From positions 1 through 35,407 of the forward strand of contig JACOVU010000029.1 of assembly GCA_016177155.1 (NCBI GenBank): a stretch of 35,407 bases of DNA, read 5' to 3'. This DNA is from Candidatus Omnitrophota bacterium. Lineage in GTDB: Bacteria > Omnitrophota > Omnitrophia > Omnitrophales > Danuiimicrobiaceae. The notes beneath the pieces are model-generated. The model was not told where the DNA came from, searched no databases, and saw only the letters and a list, made by a program, of their open reading frames with translations. Below are positions 26,786 through 35,373 of the stretch, piece by piece (within the stretch, counting starts at the first letter, position 1; each line of letters opens with the position of its first letter). The position numbers were made by a program, and so were the translations under genes.

Positions 26786-28265
26786 TAAGACACAACGCAT
26801 CGATCAGTGCTTTTCCCTTATGAAGGGTTTCCCAATATTCGGCTTCGGGATCTGAATCGTAAACAATTCCAGCCCCTACCTGGAGATAACCCTTATTTTG
26901 ATACAAGATGAGACTGCGGATGACAATGTTCAGATCCATATCACCCTTAAAATCCAAGTATCCGATCGAACCGGTATACAAGTGACGCTTAAACGGTTCG
27001 AGTTCCTCAATAATTTCCATGGAGCGGATTTTGGGGCAACCCGTAATCGTTCCGCCCGGAAAAACGGCCCGCAGAAGATCGAACCGGTCATAACCTTTCT
27101 TAAGTTGGCCGACCACATTCGAAACAATATGAACCACGTGCGAATAAGGTTCAAGAGTCATGAGCTCACTCACCCGTACGCTGTGAGGTTTTGAAACGCG
27201 CCCCAGATCATTGCGTTCCAGATCCACCAGCATAATGTGTTCCGCCCGTTCCTTGGCACTCATGATTAAATCCCGACGCAACCTGCGCTCCATTTCAGGA
27301 TTTTCTCCGCGCGGTCTTGTCCCTGCAATGGGACGGGTCTCACATCGCTCGCCGTTGAGCTTGATCAAGCGTTCGGGTGAAACACTGGCAACCACAAGCG
27401 GACCAACTTTGAGGAAACTTGAAAAAGGAGAGGGATTAATGGTTCTCAGACGCTCATAAATGGCCTCTGGTTTGCCCTCATAATCGAAAGAAAACCGCTG
27501 GGATAGGTTCGCTTGGTAAATATCCCCTGCTTCAATATATTCCTTTGCCTTCAGGACCATTCGTTTGAAGGTTTGTTTCGAAGAGTCCGCTTTAAAATTG
27601 GAAATGTGGAAATTGTTAACAGTACCAGGTACGGCCGTGCCGGGTTCTACAGAAAAAGGGGACAGACTATAGTCTGTCCCCTTTTTCGCAACCGTACCTG
27701 GTACTGTCTGTTTTCCCATTTCTTCAACCGCGGCTTGTGCACGCTTGAAGGCTCGGTCAAATGAACCGTCTTTGGAGGGAATGAGATTGGCGACTAAGAA
27801 ATACTTCTTTTCCTTGTGGTCATAAACGAGGAGATCGCGCACGAAAAGAAGGGAAATCAAGTCTAACCGAAGGTCATCTTTCGCAAAATCAGGAAGGGCT
27901 TCAAACGCATGAGCAAGTTCATAACTCAAATATCCGACCGCCCCACCCGTAAAAAATGGCAGTTCATTCCATGTGTGACCTCGATAAGATGCAAACAGGG
28001 TTCTTAACTTTGAAACAATTCCTTCTACGTTTTTGGTTTTAAAAACGTGGAACGGTTTCCAACCGAAGTAAGAATACCGCGCTGTCTTTCCTTGATACCG
28101 AGTGCTATCCAGAAAAAAAGCGTTCTCAGAATGAATGAGTGCACCTTTCACCGTTGGCCATAGATCTTGTGCTGATCTGACCGTATGAACCAGTGGTACG
28201 GTAAATCCTTTTTCGTACCAGTGCTTCAACTTTTTGGGTGTGGTGGGCCAAGAAGAAACTGGCAT
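26778..28265 (-). CDS. pabB: Chorismate-binding enzyme (aminodeoxychorismate synthase component I / anthranilate synthase component I family)
   Basis: GGAVGYLSYE, GDIYQANLSQR, SPERL, PIAGTRPRG, AEHIMLVDLERNDLGR, FPGGTITGCPK. Folate context favours PabB. Start at ATG 28265. Confidence 0.8.
   Translation of the reverse strand: MPVSSWPTTPKKLKHWYEKGFTVPLVHTVRSAQDLWPTVKGALIHSENAFFLDSTRYQGKTARYSYFGWKPFHVFKTKNVEGIVSKLRTLFASYRGHTWNELPFFTGGAVGYLSYELAHAFEALPDFAKDDLRLDLISLLFVRDLLVYDHKEKKYFLVANLIPSKDGSFDRAFKRAQAAVEEMGKQTVPGTVAKKGTDYSLSPFSVEPGTAVPGTVNNFHISNFKADSSKQTFKRMVLKAKEYIEAGDIYQANLSQRFSFDYEGKPEAIYERLRTINPSPFSSFLKVGPLVVASVSPERLIKLNGERCETRPIAGTRPRGENPEMERRLRRDLIMSAKERAEHIMLVDLERNDLGRVSKPHSVRVSELMTLEPYSHVVHIVSNVVGQLKKGYDRFDLLRAVFPGGTITGCPKIRSMEIIEELEPFKRHLYTGSIGYLDFKGDMDLNIVIRSLILYQNKGYLQVGAGIVYDSDPEAEYWETLHKGKALIDALCLNV
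27619..27707. repeat. Nested palindromic insert within the pabB-like gene
   Basis: 16-bp perfect inverted repeat acagtaccaggtacgg / ccgtacctggtactgt enclosing a perfect 36-bp palindrome at 27652-27687. Confidence 0.88.
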
Positions 28266-28266
28266 C

Positions 28267-29553
28267 TCAATGATGATACATGAGAAGGCCGCTTGGAAAT
28301 TTAGGATAAAAATAGGTAGACTTTTGCGGCATAAGTTCGCCCGATTCACAAATGTCTTTGATCGTCTGACAATTCACGGGTCGAATGATAAAAGCACAGA
28401 GCGCTTCTTTGGACACCACCTTCTCAAACGCTTCGCCCACCGAAGGCGTATAAAACACGTTCCATTCAAGTTTTGACTCCGTAATTCCCAAAATAGGCTC
28501 GAGGATGAGATAAGAAACGAGAGTCATATCGAGCTCGTACCAAAGCGCGGGTTTCCCCGTGGGCATCGATTGGCGTGCAGTTGTATTGTCTTTCAACTCA
28601 AGTAAATAACATTCATGCTCGGAAAGTACAAGGCCGAAGCCTTCGGTAATCGCCCCCTCTGAGACTTTCTCCAAAACCGACCGTGAAACGGAATGTAAAA
28701 TGAAGTGTTTCTTGAGTGCTTCCAGGAAAATTTCCCGCTCAATCGGAACAGCATTGTACACCACCCGGTGAATCGGAAGGATGAGAAGCCCGGGATCGGT
28801 AAAGCGAACGAATGTCGTAAGCACATAATTCCAATTCGGGTCTTCCCCGCCTCCGCCTTTTCCATTCATTTCTTCAGCATACTGAAGGGCCGTTGAATAA
28901 CGGTGATGACCATCTGCGATGAAAATCCGTTTCCGATCAAAAACATCCTGAATTTGTTTCACCATATCCGACTCTTGAATGAACCACAACCGATGATGCG
29001 TCGTTTGCTCATCCGTAAAATCGAAAAGTGGCTTTCCCAATTCAAGCTTCACTTTAAGCTGATCCAATAGGTTTGAAGTGTCTTCATAAATGGTAAAAAC
29101 AGGTGAGAAATTCGTTTGAGTGGCTCTCAACAGTTTCCCGCGATCCACTTTGGGTGAAGCATGCGTCTTTTCATGAGGGAATACGACTTTACGTTCAAAA
29201 GGTTCTAGCTTCAAGAGTCCAAATAAAGCGAGACGCGATAGTTTCTTTGGCGAAAACGGATGATCATAAGACACTTCATAAAGGTAAAATCCTGGGTTTT
29301 GTTCCGTCACGAGGACATTTTTCCTGCGCCATTCATCCAAATATTTTCGGGCGTGAAGATAACGTTCCTTTTTTTCGATATCCGCTTTGCTGGCTTGTCC
29401 GAGTTCAAGACGGATCACATTATACGGATCGCGCTCGCGAAGCTCGGCCTCATCATCTTTTGAGATCACATCGTAAGGTGGCGCAACGACGCGTTCCATT
29501 GCAACTTGAGTGGGATCATACCGAAGAGCGCGGAAGGGTTTGACTGTGGCCAT
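28267..29553 (-). CDS. DUF1015 family protein
   Basis: KPFRALRY, APPYDVIS, PHEKT, IADGHHR, PIHR, MPQKSTYFYPK. Confidence 0.9.
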   Translation of the reverse strand: MATVKPFRALRYDPTQVAMERVVAPPYDVISKDDEAELRERDPYNVIRLELGQASKADIEKKERYLHARKYLDEWRRKNVLVTEQNPGFYLYEVSYDHPFSPKKLSRLALFGLLKLEPFERKVVFPHEKTHASPKVDRGKLLRATQTNFSPVFTIYEDTSNLLDQLKVKLELGKPLFDFTDEQTTHHRLWFIQESDMVKQIQDVFDRKRIFIADGHHRYSTALQYAEEMNGKGGGGEDPNWNYVLTTFVRFTDPGLLILPIHRVVYNAVPIEREIFLEALKKHFILHSVSRSVLEKVSEGAITEGFGLVLSEHECYLLELKDNTTARQSMPTGKPALWYELDMTLVSYLILEPILGITESKLEWNVFYTPSVGEAFEKVVSKEALCAFIIRPVNCQTIKDICESGELMPQKSTYFYPKFPSGLLMYHH

Positions 29554-29563
29554 AGAAAAAATG

Positions 29564-29884
29564 TTACCGTACTTGAGCGCCTGAAGGAACGTCGCGCTCA
29601 GGAATTATCAAAGTCAACATCGTATCATTACTGGCTGCAAGAAGCATTCCGTTAGACTCAACGCCACGGATGACGGCAGGCTCTAAATTGTTGACCACGA
29701 CGACTTTTTTACCGACTAATTGTTCCGGTTGATAATGTAGGCGAATACCCGCCACAATCTGCTTCTCTACCTCCCCTACCCGAATTTTGAGCACATAAAG
29801 CCGATCGGCATTGGGATGCGGGTTCACCTCTAAAATCTCAGCGACTCGAAAGTCTAAATTCTGAAAGTCCTTTATGGAAACCAT
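29564..29884 (-). CDS. Stand-alone tRNA-binding OB-fold protein (MetRS C-terminal / Trbp111 / CsaA family)
   Basis: DFQNLDFRVAEI, HPNADRL, QIVAGI, NLEP...GVESNGMLLAA. Start at ATG 29884. Confidence 0.9.
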   Translation of the reverse strand: MVSIKDFQNLDFRVAEILEVNPHPNADRLYVLKIRVGEVEKQIVAGIRLHYQPEQLVGKKVVVVNNLEPAVIRGVESNGMLLAASNDTMLTLIIPERDVPSGAQVR

Positions 29885-29985
29885 GCCACACCTCTTAAAT
29901 TTGCGCATTGTAACATAAATCCCCTCATAGGGGAAAATGAATCCAAGTGATTACTGGGAAGGAGGATACAGATATGGGATTTTGC

Positions 29986-30013
29986 TTGATCTTGGCTGGG
30001 AAACTGCTATAAT
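29986..30013 (+). promoter_or_regulatory. Promoter for ino1 (extended -10)
   Basis: TTGATC - 16 nt - TATAAT, with TG one base upstream of the -10 (TGcTATAAT). Confidence 0.65.
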
Positions 30014-30115
30014 CCCACCACTTGTTTGACAAGAACGCGATTTATGAACAAGCGCGTTCTTGTGTCTCTTCGAGATTTCACCCCGCACGGGATGAACAAA
30101 CAGGTGGTGGGATAA
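30009..30115 (+). repeat. CCACCAC-family inverted-repeat element, promoter type, three internal hairpins
   Basis: ATAA-TCCCACCACTTGTTTG ... CAAACAGGTGGTGGG-ATAA; same layout as 1983-2090. Confidence 0.9.
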
Positions 30116-30180
30116 TTCGGCTCTATTCGTTACCACACACTTCTAGAATCAATCTTCTGAAACAAAAAGGGAGTGCACTT

Positions 30181-31281
30181 TTGAGTAAGATTAAAATCGC
30201 CGTTGCTGGCGTCGGCAATTGCGCCGCCTCGCTCATTCAAGGAATCGAGTACTACAAAAAGAACGGAAAAGCAAAACAAGACACCCAAGGGTTAATGAAT
30301 TACGACTTGGGGGGTTACCTACCTGAAGATATCGAGGTCGTCGCCGCTTTCGATATCGATAAACGCAAAGTCGGCGAACGTTTTGATGTTGCGCTCAATG
30401 CAAAACCCAACTGCGTCATGGTCCTTTACAATCATCTGCCCAAAAGTAAGGTGATCGTGCAAATGGGCCACGTTTTAGACGGTGTTTCCGAACACATGGC
30501 TGAGTATCCAGATGACCGTACCTTCCTTGTCGCAAACAAGAAACCCTCTAATGTGGAACAAATCATCCGCGACAGCGGCGCTGAAATCCTTTTAAATTAT
30601 TTGCCTGTTGGCTCTGAAGAAGCGACGAAGTTTTACGCGGAAACTTGCCTCAAGACAGGAGTCAGCTTCATCAACTGTATGCCGGTTTTTATCGTCTCGA
30701 ACCCCCAGTGGGCCAAGCGTTTTGAAGACAAGCGAATCCCTTGTGTCGGAGATGACATTAAAGCGCAGATCGGTGCGACCATTACCCACCGAACGCTCGC
30801 TAAGTTGTTTATAGATCGGGGTGTCAAAATTGACAGAACTTATCAGCTCAACACGGGTGGCAATACGGATTTCCTGAATATGCTTAACCGCAACCGCCTA
30901 AAATCTAAAAAAATCTCAAAAACGGCAGCCGTACAAAGTCAACTCGACGTTCCCCTTGAGGAAGATAACATCCACATTGGCCCTTCGGATTACGTTCCGT
31001 GGCAAAATGACAATAAGGTCTGCTACTTAAGAATTGAAGGCCGAGGATTTGCAGGATTCCCCGTCACTTTGGAATGCAGGCTGTCTGTGGAAGACTCTCC
31101 GAATAGTGCCGGCGTCGCCATTGATGCCATCCGCTGCTGCAGGCTTGCGCGTGACCGTAAGATCGGTGGTCCGCTCATTTCCATTGCAGCTTACTCGATG
31201 AAACATCCTCCCAAACAAATCCATGACACGGAAGCCAAAGAACTCGTCCGGAAGTTTATTCAGGGCACTTGCCAGCGGTAA
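30181..31281 (+). CDS. ino1: Myo-inositol-1-phosphate synthase
   Basis: IAVAGVGNCAASL, NYLPVGSE, GDDIKAQIGAT, YQLNTGGNTDFLNM, DSPNSAG. TTG start at 30181 after GGGAG. Confidence 0.95.
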   Translation: MSKIKIAVAGVGNCAASLIQGIEYYKKNGKAKQDTQGLMNYDLGGYLPEDIEVVAAFDIDKRKVGERFDVALNAKPNCVMVLYNHLPKSKVIVQMGHVLDGVSEHMAEYPDDRTFLVANKKPSNVEQIIRDSGAEILLNYLPVGSEEATKFYAETCLKTGVSFINCMPVFIVSNPQWAKRFEDKRIPCVGDDIKAQIGATITHRTLAKLFIDRGVKIDRTYQLNTGGNTDFLNMLNRNRLKSKKISKTAAVQSQLDVPLEEDNIHIGPSDYVPWQNDNKVCYLRIEGRGFAGFPVTLECRLSVEDSPNSAGVAIDAIRCCRLARDRKIGGPLISIAAYSMKHPPKQIHDTEAKELVRKFIQGTCQR

Positions 31282-31390
31282 GCCCCGTTAGAAACACTTT
31301 CGTCGCAATAATAATAGAATATTCAAAGAGAGCACTGTGTCTAAATTGAGATCTTCGTGGAATTGCGCACCGGCTTTCTAACGGGGTAAG
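31279..31390. repeat. CCCCGTTAGAAA-family inverted-repeat (MITE-like) element, copy 2
   Basis: TAAG-ccccgttagaaa (31283-31294) ... tttctaacgggg (31375-31386)-TAAG. Confidence 0.88.
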
Positions 31391-31392
31391 AA

Positions 31393-31938
31393 TTAAACAA
31401 TAAAGATACAGGCTGCAACGACAGATGTCCAGCGGCCGTCTTTGTCCCCTTCGGCACTTTGCGTAATGGCAGTGGTACGAACGATCTCTCCTGAAATCTG
31501 CCACGTCTCGCGTTTGGCATCGTAGTCCGAATCAGGATCAAATTTCACTCCCGAAATCGTCGCTAACATTTCAGCCGCAAGATCTTCGGCGTAATCATTT
31601 GTCTTTCGTTCTGTCCACCCAAACGCATGATGCTCGGAAAGATAACCATGCTTGCTTGGATTCTTAGGCATCGCCACGCCGATCGAGGTGGAAATGAGAC
31701 GGTTAGGTTCATTGGTTGCATTGTCACTCATGACGCAATAAACAATTTGCCCGGGCGTCAGATACTTCAAGCCAACTTCTTTGGGAATCAGCTTGCAATA
31801 GGGCGGGAAAATACTCGAAACCTTCACCAAATTGTAATAAGCGATGTCGGCATTCCGAAGCGCAAGCTCAAAACTCGTCAGCTTTTCGCGGTGAACGCCA
31901 ACACCTTTCGTCATAAAGCATTTTTTAGGTAATATCAT
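31393..31938 (-). CDS. pdaD: Pyruvoyl-dependent arginine decarboxylase
   Basis: LTSFELALRNA, NLVKVSSIFP (Ser-Ser self-cleavage site), GYLSEHH, AEDLAAEML, WTSVVAA. Confidence 0.92.
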   Translation of the reverse strand: MILPKKCFMTKGVGVHREKLTSFELALRNADIAYYNLVKVSSIFPPYCKLIPKEVGLKYLTPGQIVYCVMSDNATNEPNRLISTSIGVAMPKNPSKHGYLSEHHAFGWTERKTNDYAEDLAAEMLATISGVKFDPDSDYDAKRETWQISGEIVRTTAITQSAEGDKDGRWTSVVAACIFIV

Positions 31939-31947
31939 GATTAAGAA

Positions 31948-31976
31948 ACTGTATCAAAAATTGGCAATGGCTTCAA
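31948..31976 (-). promoter_or_regulatory. Candidate promoter immediately upstream of pdaD
   Basis: TTGAAG - 17 nt - TACAGT with a TGn extension; the -10 ends 9 nt before the ATG. Confidence 0.45.
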
Positions 31977-32010
31977 CCCCTTAGGTTAATTGTCAGGATG
32001 ACACTTCGTG

Positions 32011-32727
32011 TCACATTCTCAAGATGTTCCTCGCGTTCCCGCTGAAAACAGGCTCGCGCTTGGAGGATGGAAGTAAATATTCAAACTTTTTGATCTCGAG
32101 CCCCAAGTGGGAATAGGGAATGTCAGAAGCAAATACCACTTTATGCGCTCCCACTTCCCGAAGGATTTGCCCGGTTCGGTAGTAAGAAAGTGTAGAGGTA
32201 TCTAAATAAACGTTTTTAAGCTCTTTCGCGATCTCGATCGCCTCTCGAAATAAATCTTTCCCCGAATGAGCCAGTACAAAAAAAGTCCTGGGATAAGCTT
32301 TAAAAATATGATGCCACTCGCTTGGGTGGCAATTGGGTTCGTGGCCCGTATGGAGTACTACCGCTAATCGCTTTTGGTCAATCGCTTCAAAAAGAGGTTT
32401 CGCTAGGTGGGCATTGAACCGATCCGAACGCGGATGAAGTTTGACCGCCCGAAAGCCTAAGCGGACGGCGTGGTCAATCTCTTCAAAAGAAGCTTTCTTC
32501 TCATTGGGATTAAGTCTGGCGCACCCGATCAAACTCCGCTCGCGTTCAATCACTCGGGCAATCTTCCGGTTCATCCGAGCATAAGCAGGACCGGGACTTG
32601 CTTCATCAATCGGAAATATAACGCTCTTTGCAACCCCAAAACGCCTCATCACGTTCAGCATATCAGAAAGCGTTTGGCGTGCGCCATCGCGTGAATGGCC
32701 CAAGTGGGTGTGGAAATCGATGATCAT
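32011..32727 (-). CDS. Metal-dependent amidohydrolase (Amidohydro_2-like TIM barrel)
   Basis: IDFHTH, AVKLHP, VLHTG, LAHSG, YLDTS, VFASDIPY, GNARNIL. Confidence 0.9.
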   Translation of the reverse strand: MIIDFHTHLGHSRDGARQTLSDMLNVMRRFGVAKSVIFPIDEASPGPAYARMNRKIARVIERERSLIGCARLNPNEKKASFEEIDHAVRLGFRAVKLHPRSDRFNAHLAKPLFEAIDQKRLAVVLHTGHEPNCHPSEWHHIFKAYPRTFFVLAHSGKDLFREAIEIAKELKNVYLDTSTLSYYRTGQILREVGAHKVVFASDIPYSHLGLEIKKFEYLLPSSKREPVFSGNARNILRM

Positions 32728-32777
32728 CCCCCACCACTTTTCAGGTTGATAGATTCAAGAAAGTGGTGGGGGATCAT
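32724..32777 (-). repeat. CCACCAC-family stop-to-start inverted-repeat element, copy 3
   Basis: Minus strand: ATGA TCCCCCACCACTTT - 19 nt - AAAGTGGTGGGGG ATGA. Confidence 0.92.
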
Positions 32778-34150
32778 CGATTGATTTCAGACTCGCAGGC
32801 AACAGTCGGCACGAGGCCGCCGCCGCGGGAAACATTCACCACAGTTTCATCACTTAAACGGGAAAGGCTCCCCGCGTAAGCTCCATTGAATACAAAACAG
32901 CCCGTATTTACCTTCTTAGCTACGAATTCGATTTTATGGTTCACAATGGTAGGAACAGTCATCACCGGGGGGCTCACAAATTCCTGAACGACCCAATTGG
33001 ATTTAATCGCTTTATCGATCGTGTGATTCCATTCATCATCCCGCGTCTCAGGACCGATCGTTACTTCTTTGCCGCCGTATCCTTCGGCCGGTTTGAGCAC
33101 GAGGGATTCTTTTTCATCTTTGAGAAAATCAACAAAATAAATCTTTTTGCCGCCATAAAAACGGTCGGCGTCAATCATCCGTCTTGTCCAAAGAACGTGT
33201 TGTTGTTTCGTTTCATTTTCCTTTGCCGAAAATAGGTGGTCATAACCAGGATTTGTGAGAATGGAAAGAATCGCTTTGGAAGCCGCCAGGCGCGAACGCA
33301 AGGGATTCACCACACAAACCGCACGATCTTTGTATGCACGAACCAAATCGTTCACCTCACGAAGCTTCTCCAAAAGCTCATTGAAAATCACCCGCCGATA
33401 AAGAAGGTCGATCCTGAAATTGCCGTGATAAAGCTTACCCGATTTATAACGAAGCTCGCGGGGATCTGCAATGGTGGTTTTGTATCCTTTGCTTTCAAAA
33501 AAGGATTTTAAAATATCAAATTCAGGTCTCGTGCGGACAGTTTTCCAATCCACAATGGCAATTTGAGGCGTTTCGACACCCCCAAAATCCTCATAAATAC
33601 TCAGAAGAGCGTCCAAAAGCTTTTGACTTCTCATCTCTCGCTGAACATGAATTTCATCAAAAAAATCGGTGAGTTCCTTCGACTCAAAAAAGAGTTGTTC
33701 CAGCGTATCCGTATATCCCATCCCCGCGGGGGAATCGCAATTGAGCTCCATAAATTTGAGCGTTTCGCCCTCAAGCGTACAATCAAACCGGGCGAGTACC
33801 ACAACACGGGCATAACCAGGATCGATTCGAACGAGTTCCTCGGCTTCTTGTGACAGCGAAAAACAATCTTTCAAAATGGGATCGTTGTGGAGATAAAGAT
33901 CAGCGAGACGATCGACCATACGGGCCAAATGATCTGAGGCAGCATGAATCAAACGCGTTTGCTTGGCCGTGATGAAATGAGGTTTGAAAAAAGTGGGAAT
34001 CGTAAAACGTCCAAACTTGACAAGACTATGGTGGAGCTGATCCTCAAAACGACGGATTGCTTCCGCCAGTACTTTTTCATTCGAAAGCACATACTGTTCG
34101 AACGCATGATCAGTATTTCGCGTATAATCAATGGATGTGCGCTGAACCAT
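32774..34150 (-). CDS. Circularly permuted ATP-grasp protein (glutathionylspermidine synthase-like fold)
   Basis: ARFD...[48 protein letters not shown]. Start is ATG 34150 (after GAGG) or TTG 34165. Confidence 0.82.
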   Translation of the reverse strand: MVQRTSIDYTRNTDHAFEQYVLSNEKVLAEAIRRFEDQLHHSLVKFGRFTIPTFFKPHFITAKQTRLIHAASDHLARMVDRLADLYLHNDPILKDCFSLSQEAEELVRIDPGYARVVVLARFDCTLEGETLKFMELNCDSPAGMGYTDTLEQLFFESKELTDFFDEIHVQREMRSQKLLDALLSIYEDFGGVETPQIAIVDWKTVRTRPEFDILKSFFESKGYKTTIADPRELRYKSGKLYHGNFRIDLLYRRVIFNELLEKLREVNDLVRAYKDRAVCVVNPLRSRLAASKAILSILTNPGYDHLFSAKENETKQQHVLWTRRMIDADRFYGGKKIYFVDFLKDEKESLVLKPAEGYGGKEVTIGPETRDDEWNHTIDKAIKSNWVVQEFVSPPVMTVPTIVNHKIEFVAKKVNTGCFVFNGAYAGSLSRLSDETVVNVSRGGGLVPTVACESEINR

Positions 34151-35003
34151 ATACCGCCTCGCCAATCTCTGCTGGACTTTCTACCACGGTAACCCCCGCT
34201 GCTCTAAGTGCTTTCATTTTTTCTGGTGCTCGCCCCATGCCTCCCGAAATAATTGCACCCGCATGACCCATTCGTTTTCCCTTCGGAGCGGTCCGGCCTG
34301 CTATAAATGCAATCACCGGTTTTTTCATCTTTTTTTTAACAAATTCGGCCGCTTTCTCTTCAGCATTACCACCAATTTCACCAATGAGAACTACCGCTTC
34401 GGTTGCGGGATCTTCTTCAAAAAGCTCAAAACAATCTATGAAATTAGTTCCTAGGATCGGATCGCCGCCGATCCCAATCACCGTAGACTGCCCAATTCCG
34501 CGGGCCGTCATCTGCCAAACTGCCTCATACGTCAACGTTCCGCTTCTGGAAACCACACCGACCACGCCAGGCTTATGAATGTAACCTGGCATAATGCCGA
34601 CTTTCGCAGCTTCTGGTGTGATTATACCTGGGCAATTTGGACCGATCAAGCGAGCCCCTTTATTTTTGAGGTATTTTTTCACGCGTACCATATCCAAAAT
34701 GGGGATTCCCTCCGTAATGCAAACAATAATCCGAATTCCGCTGTCCGCAGCTTCCACCACTGCATCCTTAGCAAATTGAGCAGGGACATAGATGACGCTC
34801 GCGTTTGCGCCCGTAGCCTGAACGGCTTCGCGCATCGTATTAAAGACAGGAACTCCTTCGCACGTTTGCCCGCCCTTTCCAGGCGTTACACCCCCCACAA
34901 TCTTTGTGCCATACGCGAGCATCTGCTTGGCGTGAAACGAACCGTGCGAGCCCGTAATTCCCTGCACAATTACTTTCGTATTTCGATCTACTAATATCGC
35001 CAT
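34128..35003 (-). CDS. sucD: Succinyl-CoA synthetase alpha subunit
   Basis: [46 protein letters not shown]. Start at ATG 35003. Confidence 0.97.
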   Translation of the reverse strand: MAILVDRNTKVIVQGITGSHGSFHAKQMLAYGTKIVGGVTPGKGGQTCEGVPVFNTMREAVQATGANASVIYVPAQFAKDAVVEAADSGIRIIVCITEGIPILDMVRVKKYLKNKGARLIGPNCPGIITPEAAKVGIMPGYIHKPGVVGVVSRSGTLTYEAVWQMTARGIGQSTVIGIGGDPILGTNFIDCFELFEEDPATEAVVLIGEIGGNAEEKAAEFVKKKMKKPVIAFIAGRTAPKGKRMGHAGAIISGGMGRAPEKMKALRAAGVTVVESPAEIGEAVYGSAHIH

Positions 35004-35029
35004 CTTATACCCTTCCTTCAAACGCTAAT

Positions 35030-35176
35030 GAAAAGTCAGACCCTTCTCTTCGCTTCCCTGCGCTTGCCGATTTTAGGCCGTTCGCCTAAGCGAAAATCGG
35101 CGTGCTCGGCCTACAAGAAAGAGATCGGTCCACGATCTCTTTCTTGTAAAGGCACTCCGAGAAGGTCTGCCCTTTC
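35030..35176. repeat. Multi-hairpin palindromic element in the sucC-sucD spacer
   Basis: Outer imperfect inverted repeat cagacccttctc / gagaaggtctg; inner gccgatttt / aaaatcggc and a perfect 16-bp stem 35112-35127 / 35133-35148. Confidence 0.7.
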
Positions 35177-35200
35177 CAACAAATCCAAATAAATACGGGT

Positions 35201-35366
35201 GACAAAAGCTTGACGGACATTCCGTGACCTCGAAGCAGATTAAAAGCGTTGCGTTTTCTATGGAATCGAAAACGCAGCTTTTATTCAGCGAAGGCCGCTC
35301 AACCCGACATCCATCACGTGGCCTGAGCGGTGCTGAGAGGTCAGCGGTATGGACGGCAAAATGCCT
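35201..35366. repeat. Second multi-hairpin element in the sucC-sucD spacer
   Basis: Outer stem tgacctc (35225-35231) / gaggtca (35337-35343) with an imperfect extension; inner tgcgttttc / gaaaacgca and ccgctca / tgagcgg. Confidence 0.6.
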
Positions 35367-35373
35367 TGGCTCA

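Noticed and set aside
29920-29935. Short CCC..ATAG..GGGAA hairpins here and near 21635
   Set aside because: Stems of 5-6 bp are too short to distinguish from chance.
30022-30180. 53-aa N-terminal extension of Ino1 (likewise the extensions at 13699-13755 and 1948-2073)
   Set aside because: These are largely translated repeat sequence; better starts lie downstream, at the family N-terminus for Ino1 and SirC.
13699-32773. CRISPR array suggested by repeated CCCCCACCACTTT with unique interiors
   Set aside because: The repeats are inverted pairs dispersed over kilobases, not tandem direct repeats with regular spacers, and no cas genes are present.
35177-35373. tmRNA or RNase P RNA in the sucC-sucD spacer
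   Set aside because: No tRNA-like ends or tag reading frame, and no GAGGAAAGTCC motif on either strand.
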